A stretch of 29,777 nt of DNA from a virus (Duplodnaviria; Caudoviricetes): IMG/VR virus record IMGVR_UViG_3300037743_000193, positions 1 to 29,777 of that record. The stretch is one strand, 5' to 3'. Below the pieces are notes generated by a model that worked only from the letters and a program-made list of their open reading frames with translations, did no database searches and was not told the origin of the DNA. The position numbers were made by a program, and so were the translations under genes. Of the stretch, positions 1 through 7,850 are shown piece after piece (the stretch's first letter is position 1; every line of letters starts with the position of its first letter).

Positions 1-130
1 AGTAAGGGGGGACCCGGCAGGGTAGGTGCTACCCCGCCTACCACTGACCCGAATGTCATAGCCCTCAGAGCCCCTCAGCTCGCCCCTAAGCGCACCCATG
101 ACAGCGCGCGATCGTCGTCGCAGCAGTACA

Positions 131-520
131 TCATCGACCCCTCCTGAAATGCTTGACGGTCTCCACCTCGCCCCGCTCCACGACATCCGGGACACACCAG
201 CATTCCCTCCCAGCCACATGCACAGGCTCCCCAGGCCAGACCGGAATCAAATGGACGCTCGGCACAACCTCCTCATCGACGACCGGCAGCCCGGTCCGGC
301 CCCATGCTGAACGCGGCTTCGATACGCGCCCGCCCGCCTGCTTCTGCCCCGCCATCACCCGAACGCATCTCGCACAGCGCGGGGCATCAGGGCTCGCCTC
401 GAACCACTTGCCCGTGATGGACCACTTGCGCTTGCTCGGGGACCGGCCACATGCCGCTGCGGGTTCGTCCTCGTCGCGGTGGTGGGCTGATGCGCCTGTT
501 CCGATCCTGAACCAGGTCAT
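131..520 (-). CDS. Hypothetical protein with two Cys/His metal-binding modules
   Basis: AH..ACG..CARC module followed by a VHLIP..H..CWCVP..H module. ATGA-coupled to the upstream gene. Confidence 0.65.
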   Translation of the reverse strand: MTWFRIGTGASAHHRDEDEPAAACGRSPSKRKWSITGKWFEASPDAPRCARCVRVMAGQKQAGGRVSKPRSAWGRTGLPVVDEEVVPSVHLIPVWPGEPVHVAGRECWCVPDVVERGEVETVKHFRRGR

Positions 521-750
521 CGCATCCGCCTCTCGAACGCGGCCAGCACTTCCTGGCGCAGGTTCTTGGCGTGGTACTCGGTGTTCCAGCTTTTTTCGCA
601 GTACGCCTCAACCTGCTCCAGCATCGCCCTCACCTCGCGATAGCGCCGCACCTCTCGGGCCTGCGCTTCGTCCTCGGCATCCCTCTTGGCCGCCTTCTCC
701 GCGTCTAGATCCACGACCCTCCCTGGCTTCCTGAACGGGTTCCAGCTCAT
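517..750 (-). CDS. Hypothetical helical protein
   Basis: ATGA overlaps at both ends; protein-like charged helical sequence. Confidence 0.75.
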   Translation of the reverse strand: MSWNPFRKPGRVVDLDAEKAAKRDAEDEAQAREVRRYREVRAMLEQVEAYCEKSWNTEYHAKNLRQEVLAAFERRMR

Positions 751-1148
751 CGCCGCGTCTCCTTCGCAATCGCCATCCAGTCCGCCAGCGCAAGTGTCAC
801 CAGCACGTTCTCCGCGACCGGCTCAATCGCGAACACACTCCGACCCACCAGCCGAACGAGGTCCGCCGCCGACATCGTCACGTGAATCGTCCGCGCCCCT
901 GTCACTCGCCAGATCACCACCGGCGTCCGGCCATCAGTGGCTTCACATGCCTGCTTGTACGCGGCGGCGACATCGACCGCGTTCCGGTGCTTGACCTCGA
1001 CCCAGTACGGCGTCCCCTCCACGTCGGAGCACTCGGCCCCCTTGCGCGTCTGCCTCAGCCCACGAGCGGCATCGGGCCAGAGCGGGCGCAGGAGCTTGAC
1101 CAGATGGAGCTCGAACTCTGCGCCTTTGCGGCGGCTCATCTTGCTCAT
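747..1148 (-). CDS. Holliday junction resolvase (Hjc-like PD-(D/E)XK nuclease)
   Basis: SRRKGAEFE ... SDVEG..YWVEVK motif. Start taken at ATG 1148, which overlaps the stop at 1145-1147. Confidence 0.8.
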   Translation of the reverse strand: MSKMSRRKGAEFELHLVKLLRPLWPDAARGLRQTRKGAECSDVEGTPYWVEVKHRNAVDVAAAYKQACEATDGRTPVVIWRVTGARTIHVTMSAADLVRLVGRSVFAIEPVAENVLVTLALADWMAIAKETRR

Positions 1149-1351
1149 GCGGCCCCTTTCAGATACTCCCATGGCACCCAGCCCGGGCTCGGCGGCGCCA
1201 CCAGCCTTGTCCTCGGCCTCAGTCCGGGCACCGGGAACCGCTCCCTCATGAGCGCGCGCTGATAGGCCAGGTCCAACGCGTTGCGGCACGGGCGGCAAAG
1301 GCGGGCTCCGAGCGTGCGGCGTTCGCAGGCTCCGCAGCGCGACCAGATCAC
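1145..1351 (-). CDS. Small Zn-ribbon protein
   Basis: CGAC...CRPC; GTGA and ATGA coupling to its neighbours. Confidence 0.6.
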   Translation of the reverse strand: MIWSRCGACERRTLGARLCRPCRNALDLAYQRALMRERFPVPGLRPRTRLVAPPSPGWVPWEYLKGAA

Positions 1352-1878
1352 GAGCGCCTCCCCGCGATGCGCCAGTAGCGGACTTGGGGCCTCCCGCCGC
1401 CCATCTCTCGTTCGGCCCAGCGCCCGTATGGTCGGCCGAACCTCTTCGCCGTCTCGCCGGGATACGGACCTAGCCGGCTAACCACGATGCCGCGCTCCTC
1501 CAGCCTGCGCAGAGTGACCATTGCCGATTTCGGCGCTGCCCCCGCGTCGGCCGCGACCTCGTTCGTCGTTAACTCCTGCCCCGCTATGCGCAGCGCCTGA
1601 ACGATGTCCCTCTGCGCAGGGCTCGTGCCGTCGATGGCGTTGCACTCGCTGCAGCCGGCTAACTTGGGCCCACCGCTGCGCCCGCACTTGACCTCGATGC
1701 GCCCACGCCCGCACTCGCACATGGGCTTGGGCTTGGGCTTGCCGCGCTTCCTGCTCGCCATCACGTCCTCCCTGTTGCAGGTGCGACACGAGACGACGCC
1801 GGTCGGGCGCACGTACCTATTCGCTTCGTCGAGCAGGTGACCGCGACGGCACAGGCCGACCTCTCTGCACGCCATCAT
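1348..1878 (-). CDS. Putative DNA-binding regulator: Cys/His module, Zn ribbon and winged HTH
   Basis: CRRGH..N.Y..CRTC, then CECG..CSEC, then AQRDIVQALR..LTTNEVA..TLRRLEERGIV (wHTH-like). Confidence 0.65.
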   Translation of the reverse strand: MMACREVGLCRRGHLLDEANRYVRPTGVVSCRTCNREDVMASRKRGKPKPKPMCECGRGRIEVKCGRSGGPKLAGCSECNAIDGTSPAQRDIVQALRIAGQELTTNEVAADAGAAPKSAMVTLRRLEERGIVVSRLGPYPGETAKRFGRPYGRWAEREMGGGRPQVRYWRIAGRRS

Positions 1879-2294
1879 CGGAGCCTCCGCAGTTCGTCTT
1901 TGAGCAGCCGGACCGCAGCCGCCTCATCGATGACCCAGTGGTCCGCGAGTCCGAGCGAGAAGAAAACGGATCGGTCCATGGCGTCCGCGTCGCCGACGAG
2001 GATGGTTTCCTTCTCGGAGCCGAGGGCGAACCCGAGTTCGACCCCGCTGCCGTATCCGTGCCCGGGTGGCGGCACGAGCAGGATCAGGACGTCGGCCACG
2101 ATGATTTCGGACAGGCAGGTTCGCGCGGCGTGGAGAGAAAGGTCGGCGGGAAGGTGGTTCGCTTGCCCGATTTCGTCGATACTCTCGACCCAGCTACTCG
2201 TGACCTTGATGCCGGCACACCTCAGCGTCTGCATGAAGTGGCGGGCTCGGTCGATCTCGACAGAGGCGGCGGCGACGTAGACGCGGCAGGTCAC
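1875..2294 (-). CDS. Nucleoside 2-deoxyribosyltransferase-like protein
   Basis: VYVAA, ADVLILL and GSGVELGFALG motifs of the NDT fold. GTG at 2294 overlaps the upstream stop. Confidence 0.78.
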   Translation of the reverse strand: MTCRVYVAAASVEIDRARHFMQTLRCAGIKVTSSWVESIDEIGQANHLPADLSLHAARTCLSEIIVADVLILLVPPPGHGYGSGVELGFALGSEKETILVGDADAMDRSVFFSLGLADHWVIDEAAAVRLLKDELRRLR

Positions 2295-2497
2295 TGGCGC
2301 CTCCTTCCACACGGGCACTCGACGTAAACGCCGGGGTCGTAGTAACTCGGCTCGATCTCGAGCTCGATGACCTCTCTGTGCACGCGGCGTCGTCGGCACC
2401 GGTCACACCAGACCGCTGAGTATTCCCGCCCTGTGTACTTGTCCTCGGTCGGACCCGGGCGACAGATGACGACCCTGCCGATGTGCTGGCAGGTCAT
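2291..2497 (-). CDS. Small Zn-ribbon protein
   Basis: MTCQHIG...WCDRC..H...ECPCG; coupled at both ends. Confidence 0.65.
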   Translation of the reverse strand: MTCQHIGRVVICRPGPTEDKYTGREYSAVWCDRCRRRRVHREVIELEIEPSYYDPGVYVECPCGRRRQ

Positions 2498-2658
2498 AGC
2501 GCCCCCAGATACGCAACCACCAACCCTCCGGCCACGAGCAACCACAGGAACCGCCTCGTCACCCGCGCCGCTCTCTCGCTGGCGATCCTCTCGACCTCCA
2601 CCGCGTAGAAGGTGCGGAGGCCGGTCAGGTCCGTGCTCTTGCCCCAGTCGATGCTCAC
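2494..2658 (-). CDS. Small membrane protein, 54 aa (not in the ORF track)
   Basis: Manual translation MSIDWGKSTD...RRFLWLLVAGGLVVAYLGAL. GTGA and ATGA overlaps; C-terminal hydrophobic helix. Confidence 0.65.
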   Translation of the reverse strand: MSIDWGKSTDLTGLRTFYAVEVERIASERAARVTRRFLWLLVAGGLVVAYLGAL

Positions 2659-3032
2659 GGCACCACCTCCGCGCAGTTCGTGACGGGAACGCCGGCGCGC
2701 TCCGCGATCTCCATACAGCCGCGAGCGCCGCGCGACTCACCGAGCGGGAAAGCGAAGACGCCGACCTCCTCGCCGGCCCCATCGGCGATCCACTTGGCGA
2801 CGGCGACCATGGCCTCGTTGCGCAGCGGTCCAGCCCGACGACCATCCTTTGCCCAGTCGGCGGGAACGACGAGGACGGGAACGGCGTAGTGGATGGCCCA
2901 GTCATGGGCAAGCTGATCGGCCCCTCGCTGACACCCTCCGTGAACCACTATCGTCGGCTGAGCTTTGTCGAGAGCGCTCCAGACTACGCCCCCGTCTACC
3001 CAGTTACGGGACCCGGTGACGATAGCGATCAC
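2655..3032 (-). CDS. SLOG-family protein (YspA/DUF2493-like)
   Basis: IVTGSRNW, VVHGG..GAD, ADW..GRRAGPLRN..M and AFP..SRG motifs. Confidence 0.88.
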   Translation of the reverse strand: MIAIVTGSRNWVDGGVVWSALDKAQPTIVVHGGCQRGADQLAHDWAIHYAVPVLVVPADWAKDGRRAGPLRNEAMVAVAKWIADGAGEEVGVFAFPLGESRGARGCMEIAERAGVPVTNCAEVVP

Positions 3033-3208
3033 GGCCGCACCACCGGCAGCACGCTGAGTCCCCACCGCCGCGTACTCCTGCAAGCATCGCAGCTAAAGAT
3101 CTGCTCGTACGCTTTGCCGCTCATGATTTCCGCTCTCCTCTCTATTTCGAATCGGTGCTTCGTTGGTTTGCCGCACGGGTCGCAGAACAGGATTGGGTAG
3201 AGGCTCAT
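3029..3208 (-). CDS. Small Zn-ribbon protein
   Basis: LFCDPCGKPTKH...FSCDAC; coupled at both ends. Confidence 0.7.
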   Translation of the reverse strand: MSLYPILFCDPCGKPTKHRFEIERRAEIMSGKAYEQIFSCDACRSTRRWGLSVLPVVRP

Positions 3209-3450
3209 GACGTCATCTCCTTCTCGCTCTCCTTCACCGCCTCGATCCGCGCCGGGGGCAGCACCCCGAACAGCTGATGGCGGAGGATCCATTCGCGGTA
3301 CCGGAGCGCTCGCATTCGGTCCCGGGTGGCCCAGCTCGGTCTTTCCTCGTGACCGGTCGCCGCGCTGGCTCGGATGCGGACCTCGAGGTGCTCGATGGCG
3401 CGCAGGAGTCTGCGAAGGCGCCAGCGCCGGACCCAGCGGCGCAGCATCAC
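3205..3450 (-). CDS. Hypothetical basic protein
   Basis: GTG 3450 / ATG 3447 overlaps the upstream stop; fills the operon chain. Confidence 0.6.
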   Translation of the reverse strand: MMLRRWVRRWRLRRLLRAIEHLEVRIRASAATGHEERPSWATRDRMRALRYREWILRHQLFGVLPPARIEAVKESEKEMTS

Positions 3451-3602
3451 GACCCCCTCCCTGTCGCCGACTTCGGCCGATACGCGAAAAGTGGGCATTT
3501 TGGGGCCGTGCAAGCCTCTACTTGCTGCCTCCAGGTACCTGGGGTACCCCGGTCGTAGATGCAGGCCTTACAGAAGGCGTCGATGGCCTTTTTTCGGCTC
3601 AT
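3447..3602 (-). CDS. Small Cys4 phage protein (KAI..FCxxC...C...CPLF.YR type)
   Basis: MSRKKAIDAFCKACIYD...VEACTAPKCPLFAYRP; GAGGAG SD upstream. Confidence 0.75.
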   Translation of the reverse strand: MSRKKAIDAFCKACIYDRGTPGTWRQQVEACTAPKCPLFAYRPKSATGRGS

Positions 3603-3603
3603 C

Positions 3604-4365
3604 TCAGTCCTCCTCTGAGTACGAGACGAAGGGTCCGCGGTGAAAGACGCGCTCGGGAACACCTCCCAGTCTGCTCTCCGCGCGCTCCGGTTGCGGGCCT
3701 GTCTCCGGCTCGCCGTGCTTCTCGCGCAGGGACTGGAGCTCGGCGAGGGCGGTGACGAGCCGGAGCCGGGTCGAGAGATGCTCCGACTTCTCGGTGTCGA
3801 GCTTGTGCGCGTACAGCTCCGTGTCCAGCTTCGCCGACTGCCACTCGCCTTGCAGCAACGTACGGTCACCCCTCAGCACCTGCGCCTCCTGCTCCAGCGT
3901 CTTGACCAGACACCGGAGCCGCTCGAACTCGGTGACTTCGGCTTCGGGGGCGGGCTCCTTGGCGCGCGCCTCCCCGGACAACTCGCAGTTGCGATTCGGG
4001 CACTCGATGAATCCGCCGGCCATCTGCCAGAGATCCAGGCCACACCCGCTGCACTTCGGCTTGAGCCCCGGCCACGCGCGGTCCGCGATGTGGACGGTGT
4101 CGGCGATGTACCGGGATGCGTCGATGGCCCCGTCCACCATCAGGGTCCCGTACCTGACCGCATCCGGGGACGCACCCATGGGCAGGTGCCATTTCTCGAC
4201 GGTGGACAGGCGGTACCCGTCCGGGCTCGGCTCGGGGTCGTGCTCGGGTTGGCCGGCGGTGGTGTAGTCGCAGCTCCTCATGACGCACTCACGCAACCCG
4301 GTCGATCGCGTGACCAGCCACCCGCAGCGGCACTGTGGGCAATCCTTGTAGTTGCTCTCGCTCAT
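3604..4365 (-). CDS. Hypothetical protein with two Zn ribbons and a coiled coil
   Basis: CPQC..C..C and CSGC..CPNRNC, then heptad-rich helices. ATG at 4365 with a GGGAGG SD. Confidence 0.7.
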   Translation of the reverse strand: MSESNYKDCPQCRCGWLVTRSTGLRECVMRSCDYTTAGQPEHDPEPSPDGYRLSTVEKWHLPMGASPDAVRYGTLMVDGAIDASRYIADTVHIADRAWPGLKPKCSGCGLDLWQMAGGFIECPNRNCELSGEARAKEPAPEAEVTEFERLRCLVKTLEQEAQVLRGDRTLLQGEWQSAKLDTELYAHKLDTEKSEHLSTRLRLVTALAELQSLREKHGEPETGPQPERAESRLGGVPERVFHRGPFVSYSEED

Positions 4366-4580
4366 GTCTTGCTCCCTCCCTCGGTCTCGTTGTTGATCTC
4401 GGTGATTCGCTCGCCCCGCCACGTGCCGGGCATCGAAATCGGCTCGGTCTCGGTCCCGTCCTCGAGCACGCACCGGCACAAGGTCCAGGTGCCGTACTTG
4501 TTCTGGCCGGTCACGCGGACGGTGACGGGCAGGATGGCCAGGCGGATGTGGGTGCCGGGTTGGGCCTCGGACAGGGTCAT
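4362..4580 (-). CDS. Hypothetical small beta-rich protein
   Basis: MTLSEAQPGTHIRLA...; ATGA overlaps at both ends. Confidence 0.6.
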   Translation of the reverse strand: MTLSEAQPGTHIRLAILPVTVRVTGQNKYGTWTLCRCVLEDGTETEPISMPGTWRGERITEINNETEGGSKT

Positions 4581-4768
4581 CGCGCGAACCTCCTGGGCAA
4601 CGGCTGCTCCCAGCCTGTGCTCGTGCGGAACACCCACCAGCGCTGATTTCCGCTGTCGAGCTCGAGGCCATCGACCCACCAGGGCATCGACCTGGCTCGG
4701 GCGATGGCTTCGGCGCGGGTCTCGGTGCGGGCGCGGGACCGGCGGAGGCGGCCGATGATGGGGCTCAT
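4577..4768 (-). CDS. Hypothetical protein
   Basis: ATGA overlaps at both ends. Confidence 0.55.
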   Translation of the reverse strand: MSPIIGRLRRSRARTETRAEAIARARSMPWWVDGLELDSGNQRWWVFRTSTGWEQPLPRRFAR

Positions 4769-5403
4769 GACTTGCCCCCGAACGAGGACTCGGCGTCGAT
4801 GACGTTGTCGGGCTCGTCGGTGTCGTCAACCTCGGGCGCTGCGTTCAGCTGCGGCATTACCCCGGACAGCAGCTCACCAGCTGCGACGGCTCGGCTGTGG
4901 CGCTTGCCCACCTCGAGTTGCGCGTGCTCATGCCGGTCGATGAGCCCTCGCGGCGCGAACCTACCCATCTGCGCGATCGATTGGCTGCGCTCGCGGATGG
5001 AGCGATAGGCGTCGATGAACCGGGCGCGGCTGCTGGCCGGATTGTCGCTCAGGCACAGGTTGCGCCAGCCGATGACGTCCACGGCTTCGGCGATTTCGCG
5101 GATGTCGAACGTCGGGGTGCGGTACGAGCCAACGCGAGAGATTGCGCGACGGACCTCGCCCCACGCCTCCTCGCCGGACGGGATCGCCGACATCGACTCC
5201 TCCGCGACCTCGGCCCGGATCTCGGCGATGGTCGGGAAGAACTTCGAGGTCGCGATTAGGCGCTGGGTTGCGGCCCGGGCCTCGTCGTAATCCAGATCGG
5301 CGAGCATATGCGAGTACGCCTTGACGGTCGCCTCGTCGATCTCCTGGCGCGGGTAGGACGCTCGCAGGATCGAGAGCAGTCGCTTGATGTCGGCGTTGGT
5401 CAC
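4765..5403 (-). CDS. Replicative helicase loader/inhibitor (SPP1 G39P-like)
   Basis: LL..L.ASYP..AYSHML.DL..A..R.IATSKFFPTIAEIR and GEEAWGEV..AI motifs. Directly follows the initiator gene. Confidence 0.78.
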   Translation of the reverse strand: MTNADIKRLLSILRASYPRQEIDEATVKAYSHMLADLDYDEARAATQRLIATSKFFPTIAEIRAEVAEESMSAIPSGEEAWGEVRRAISRVGSYRTPTFDIREIAEAVDVIGWRNLCLSDNPASSRARFIDAYRSIRERSQSIAQMGRFAPRGLIDRHEHAQLEVGKRHSRAVAAGELLSGVMPQLNAAPEVDDTDEPDNVIDAESSFGGKS

Positions 5404-6326
5404 TTTTTCTCCTTGTCGGCGTCTTCGGCTTCAGCCATGGCCCAAAGCTCCTCGGCTGTGTAACCGCGGTTGTTGCTACTCCCCTTCGGCTTCGGGATCG
5501 GCTGGTCCTCGTCCTCCCAGCACCGCCCGCGGACGTAGGTGGTGAAGTGCGGGATGAACGCCCGCTCCTGGTCCTTGGCGGGGACGTGCCTCCACGCCAG
5601 CTCGAGCCCGGTCATCTTCGCGAGCGCGGCGCTGTAGTCGCCCTGGGTCTGGATCTCGGACTCGGCTGCTTCGAGCCCGCGCTTCCGGTTGCGCTTGCGG
5701 GGGTACAGGTCGTAGAGCTTCGCGAGGTCGAACCGGGGAACGCACACGTCGGGGACGAGCAGTTGTGCGCCGCCCGGCGCACATATCTCCTGCTCCCTGC
5801 TACCTGCTACCTGCTCCCTGCTACCTGCTACCTGTATTTGCGAAAGGGCAGCGAAAGACTCTGCGAAAGCAGCCTCAAAGGCTTTGCCCAAGGCTTTCGC
5901 AAAGGCTTTAAGCTCTCGCCAGACCTCGACTTTTAGCTCGCAGTCAGGTACCCGATCCCACCCCTTCGCCCACCCCTTGATGCGGTTCGGGTTGGTGGGC
6001 TTGGTGCTCTTGCGCGCGGTCCCATCACGGTGCCTCAGTGCTCTCGGCAGCCAGATGAGTCCGGCCTTCGTGTCGGCTTTCGCTAAACCTTCCGACAAGA
6101 CTTCGGCAAAGGCTTTCGCAAAGGCTTTCGCGTCCCATCGGAGGTCGTCCGCAAGCACCGCTGGGCGCGCGATTATGACGCCCGGTATCTTGGTCGTCCT
6201 CCGCCCGGTCAGGAGATAGAGCCAGAGCGCTTGGCCGCCGGGCTCGAGGGGGGTCAGCTCACGGAAAGCGAGGTCGTCCCACATCTCGACCTCGACGGTC
6301 TTGTAGACGCGATGCTCTCGGCTCAC
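5400..6326 (-). CDS. Phage replication initiation protein
   Basis: N-terminal MWDD..FRELT..ALWLYLLT (HTH-type), a repeat-containing linker, and C-terminal F..LYDLYPRK...FIPHFTTYV.G.CWEDE. Confidence 0.82.
   Translation of the reverse strand: MSREHRVYKTVEVEMWDDLAFRELTPLEPGGQALWLYLLTGRRTTKIPGVIIARPAVLADDLRWDAKAFAKAFAEVLSEGLAKADTKAGLIWLPRALRHRDGTARKSTKPTNPNRIKGWAKGWDRVPDCELKVEVWRELKAFAKALGKAFEAAFAESFAALSQIQVAGSREQVAGSREQEICAPGGAQLLVPDVCVPRFDLAKLYDLYPRKRNRKRGLEAAESEIQTQGDYSAALAKMTGLELAWRHVPAKDQERAFIPHFTTYVRGRCWEDEDQPIPKPKGSSNNRGYTAEELWAMAEAEDADKEKK
5790..5834. repeat. Tandem heptamer CTGCT(C/A)C x6 (2 x 21 bp) inside the initiator gene
   Basis: Read directly from the sequence; encodes QVAGSRE twice. 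Confidence 0.95.
5838..6131. repeat. Iteron-like 12-bp-period repeats (putative replication origin)
   Basis: AAGGCTTT at 5878, 5890, 5902, 6109 and 6121, with degenerate copies at 6073, 6085 and 6097. Inverted GCGAAAG at 5840, 5851 and 5863. Locally AT-richer. Confidence 0.75.
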
Positions 6327-6826
6327 CGCACCCTCCAAATCAGCCCGGCATCGGCAAACGCCGTGAGGAAACACTCCGGCCGCCACCCGTGGTAAACGAA
6401 CGCGCTCGGGAACGGAGCCCCGGCTGGAGCTCCACGGAACGAAATGCGCCCGCGCCAGAAACAGATCGTGGCAGCCCGCTCGGCCAGCTTGCGGAATGCC
6501 TTCGAGTCCGTGCGCGACGGGACCAGCGTGATGATCTCGCAGTCAACCGAGGACTCGCGGTCGATCTTCTCGGCCCAGTTGAGCGGCCCGCGCCCCCTCG
6601 TGTACGGCGGGTTGCAGAACACGAGCCCGCCCGCCGCCATCTCGTGCCACGGCGCCTGGAGCCCGTCCGGCTCGTCCTCGGCCGTGATCCAGCGGACGGC
6701 CCCGGTCGGGTTGTCGGGCTCGGTGCAGGGGTCGAGCGCGATGGGGGCGATGGCTCGAACGCGGTCCAGGACGTGATCTGGGGTTTGCCACGTGGACTTG
6801 TCGCTGGAGAAGTGGACGCTGGTCAC
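6323..6826 (-). CDS. Phage DNA N6-adenine methyltransferase (Dam_phage-like)
   Basis: WQTP, LDPC, DGL..PW, VFCNPPY, LVPSRTD, GRISF and APFPS motifs. Confidence 0.92.
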   Translation of the reverse strand: MTSVHFSSDKSTWQTPDHVLDRVRAIAPIALDPCTEPDNPTGAVRWITAEDEPDGLQAPWHEMAAGGLVFCNPPYTRGRGPLNWAEKIDRESSVDCEIITLVPSRTDSKAFRKLAERAATICFWRGRISFRGAPAGAPFPSAFVYHGWRPECFLTAFADAGLIWRVR

Positions 6827-7110
6827 GCGGCCACCTCTTGCGCTAGGATCGGGGGATGCGGATCTGGGCTTGGGTGGCGCTGTCGGCTCTCCTGGCAGGG
6901 GTCGCCGGCGGGACCGGCTACTCGCTCGGCCATGTACGGGCCGAGGAGGCCGGCTGGGAGGCCGGCGAGGAGCGCGACCGAGTCCGAGCCCGCGCCCCGG
7001 ATTACATCTGGGTGGAACTCGACGGGGAGCGTGTGCCCGCTCGCTGCCGGGACCTCGATGGGATCCGGATCTCGCCCCGGAAGTGGCCTGAGTTCCGGTA
7101 GCCCCCTCAT
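6823..7110 (-). CDS. Bridge ORF, antisense to 6856..7101
   Basis: ATGA overlap with the CII-like stop and GTGA overlap with the MTase start. Product is Pro-rich with no recognisable fold. Confidence 0.4.
   Translation of the reverse strand: MRGLPELRPLPGRDPDPIEVPAASGHTLPVEFHPDVIRGAGSDSVALLAGLPAGLLGPYMAERVAGPAGDPCQESRQRHPSPDPHPPILAQEVAA
6844..6849 (+). promoter_or_regulatory. -10 element TAGGAT of a probable leaderless transcript
   Basis: Lies 6 nt upstream of ATG 6856; no convincing -35. Confidence 0.5.
6856..7101 (+). CDS. Small N-terminally anchored or secreted protein, antisense within the early operon
   Basis: MRIWAWVALSALLAGVAGGTGYSLG signal/TM segment; codons mostly end in G/C. Confidence 0.65.
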   Translation: MRIWAWVALSALLAGVAGGTGYSLGHVRAEEAGWEAGEERDRVRARAPDYIWVELDGERVPARCRDLDGIRISPRKWPEFR

Positions 7111-7481
7111 CCCTCCACCCCCGCCCGCTCAAGCAGCAGCCGCCCGACGTCCCCTTGAGTGCGCAGAACGGCCTTGAGCGCCGCCAGGTCCTCCTCGGGG
7201 CTCCTCGGCGCTCGCTCGAAGCGGCCCCCGCTCAGCCGCGCGAACCACTCGGCCACGCGCGGCGAGTGGACGGCGAAGTAGACCAGGTGCCGGGCCTTGA
7301 TGTGGCACCGGTCCCGGTCCGCGAGCATGTTGTCGAGGACGGTCCGGCTGACGTCGAGGTCGTAGGCAACCTCCTTGCGTCCGATGCGGTCGGCCTCCTG
7401 CCGGACGATCCCCAGCAGTTCCGGCCAGCGTTCCTCGCTCAGATAGGGGAAGGGGAACGCGAGGCGCACTTGCTCAGTCAT
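7107..7481 (-). CDS. CII-like regulatory protein
   Basis: Position after cro; GRKEVAYDLDVSRTVLDNML HTH-like segment. An alternative start exists at 7574. Confidence 0.6.
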   Translation of the reverse strand: MTEQVRLAFPFPYLSEERWPELLGIVRQEADRIGRKEVAYDLDVSRTVLDNMLADRDRCHIKARHLVYFAVHSPRVAEWFARLSGGRFERAPRSPEEDLAALKAVLRTQGDVGRLLLERAGVEG

Positions 7482-7583
7482 TTCGGCCGCCTGTCTCTGC
7501 TTGTGATTCGCAAGCGGCGCTAGGCGCCGGCCTGTGGATAAGGTGATTCCTCGATGCCACGGAGCCCACGACATCCATCGCCG

Positions 7584-7814
7584 CTAGCTGGCCTTCCGGC
7601 GCTTCTTGGTCCGCGGCAGGCGCCCGAACAGGAGCTCTTTCCGCGAGATCCCAAGGGCTCTCGCGATCGCCTCCTCGTTGTCGGTCCGGGGTGCGTAAAC
7701 ACCCGTTTCCCACTGGGAGACTGCCTGCGGGGTAACCTCAGCCAGCTCAGCCAGCTCTACTTGAGTCATTCCGCAGTCTTCGCGGAAGCGACGGATACGG
7801 AGACCTAGAGCCAT
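7584..7814 (-). CDS. Cro-like XRE-family HTH regulator
   Basis: LGLRIRRFRE..GMTQVELAELAEVTPQAVSQWETG..P motif; first gene of the leftward operon. Confidence 0.9.
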   Translation of the reverse strand: MALGLRIRRFREDCGMTQVELAELAEVTPQAVSQWETGVYAPRTDNEEAIARALGISRKELLFGRLPRTKKRRKAS

Positions 7815-7821
7815 GGATCTA

Positions 7822-7850
7822 TCGGTACCGAACCGCGGCTCAATAGTCAA
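7822..7850 (-). promoter_or_regulatory. Leftward early promoter: TTGACT-17-TACCGA, 7 nt before the cro ATG
   Basis: -35 at 7850-7845 and imperfect -10 at 7827-7822; overlapped by an operator. Confidence 0.6.

Noticed and set aside
2367-4758. Long + strand ORFs 2367-3200 and 3640-4758
   Set aside because: Shadows of a tightly coupled - strand operon.
5790-6131. CRISPR array or DGR repeats
   Set aside because: Units are 7-12 bp with no spacers, and no reverse transcriptase or cas gene is seen in the window.
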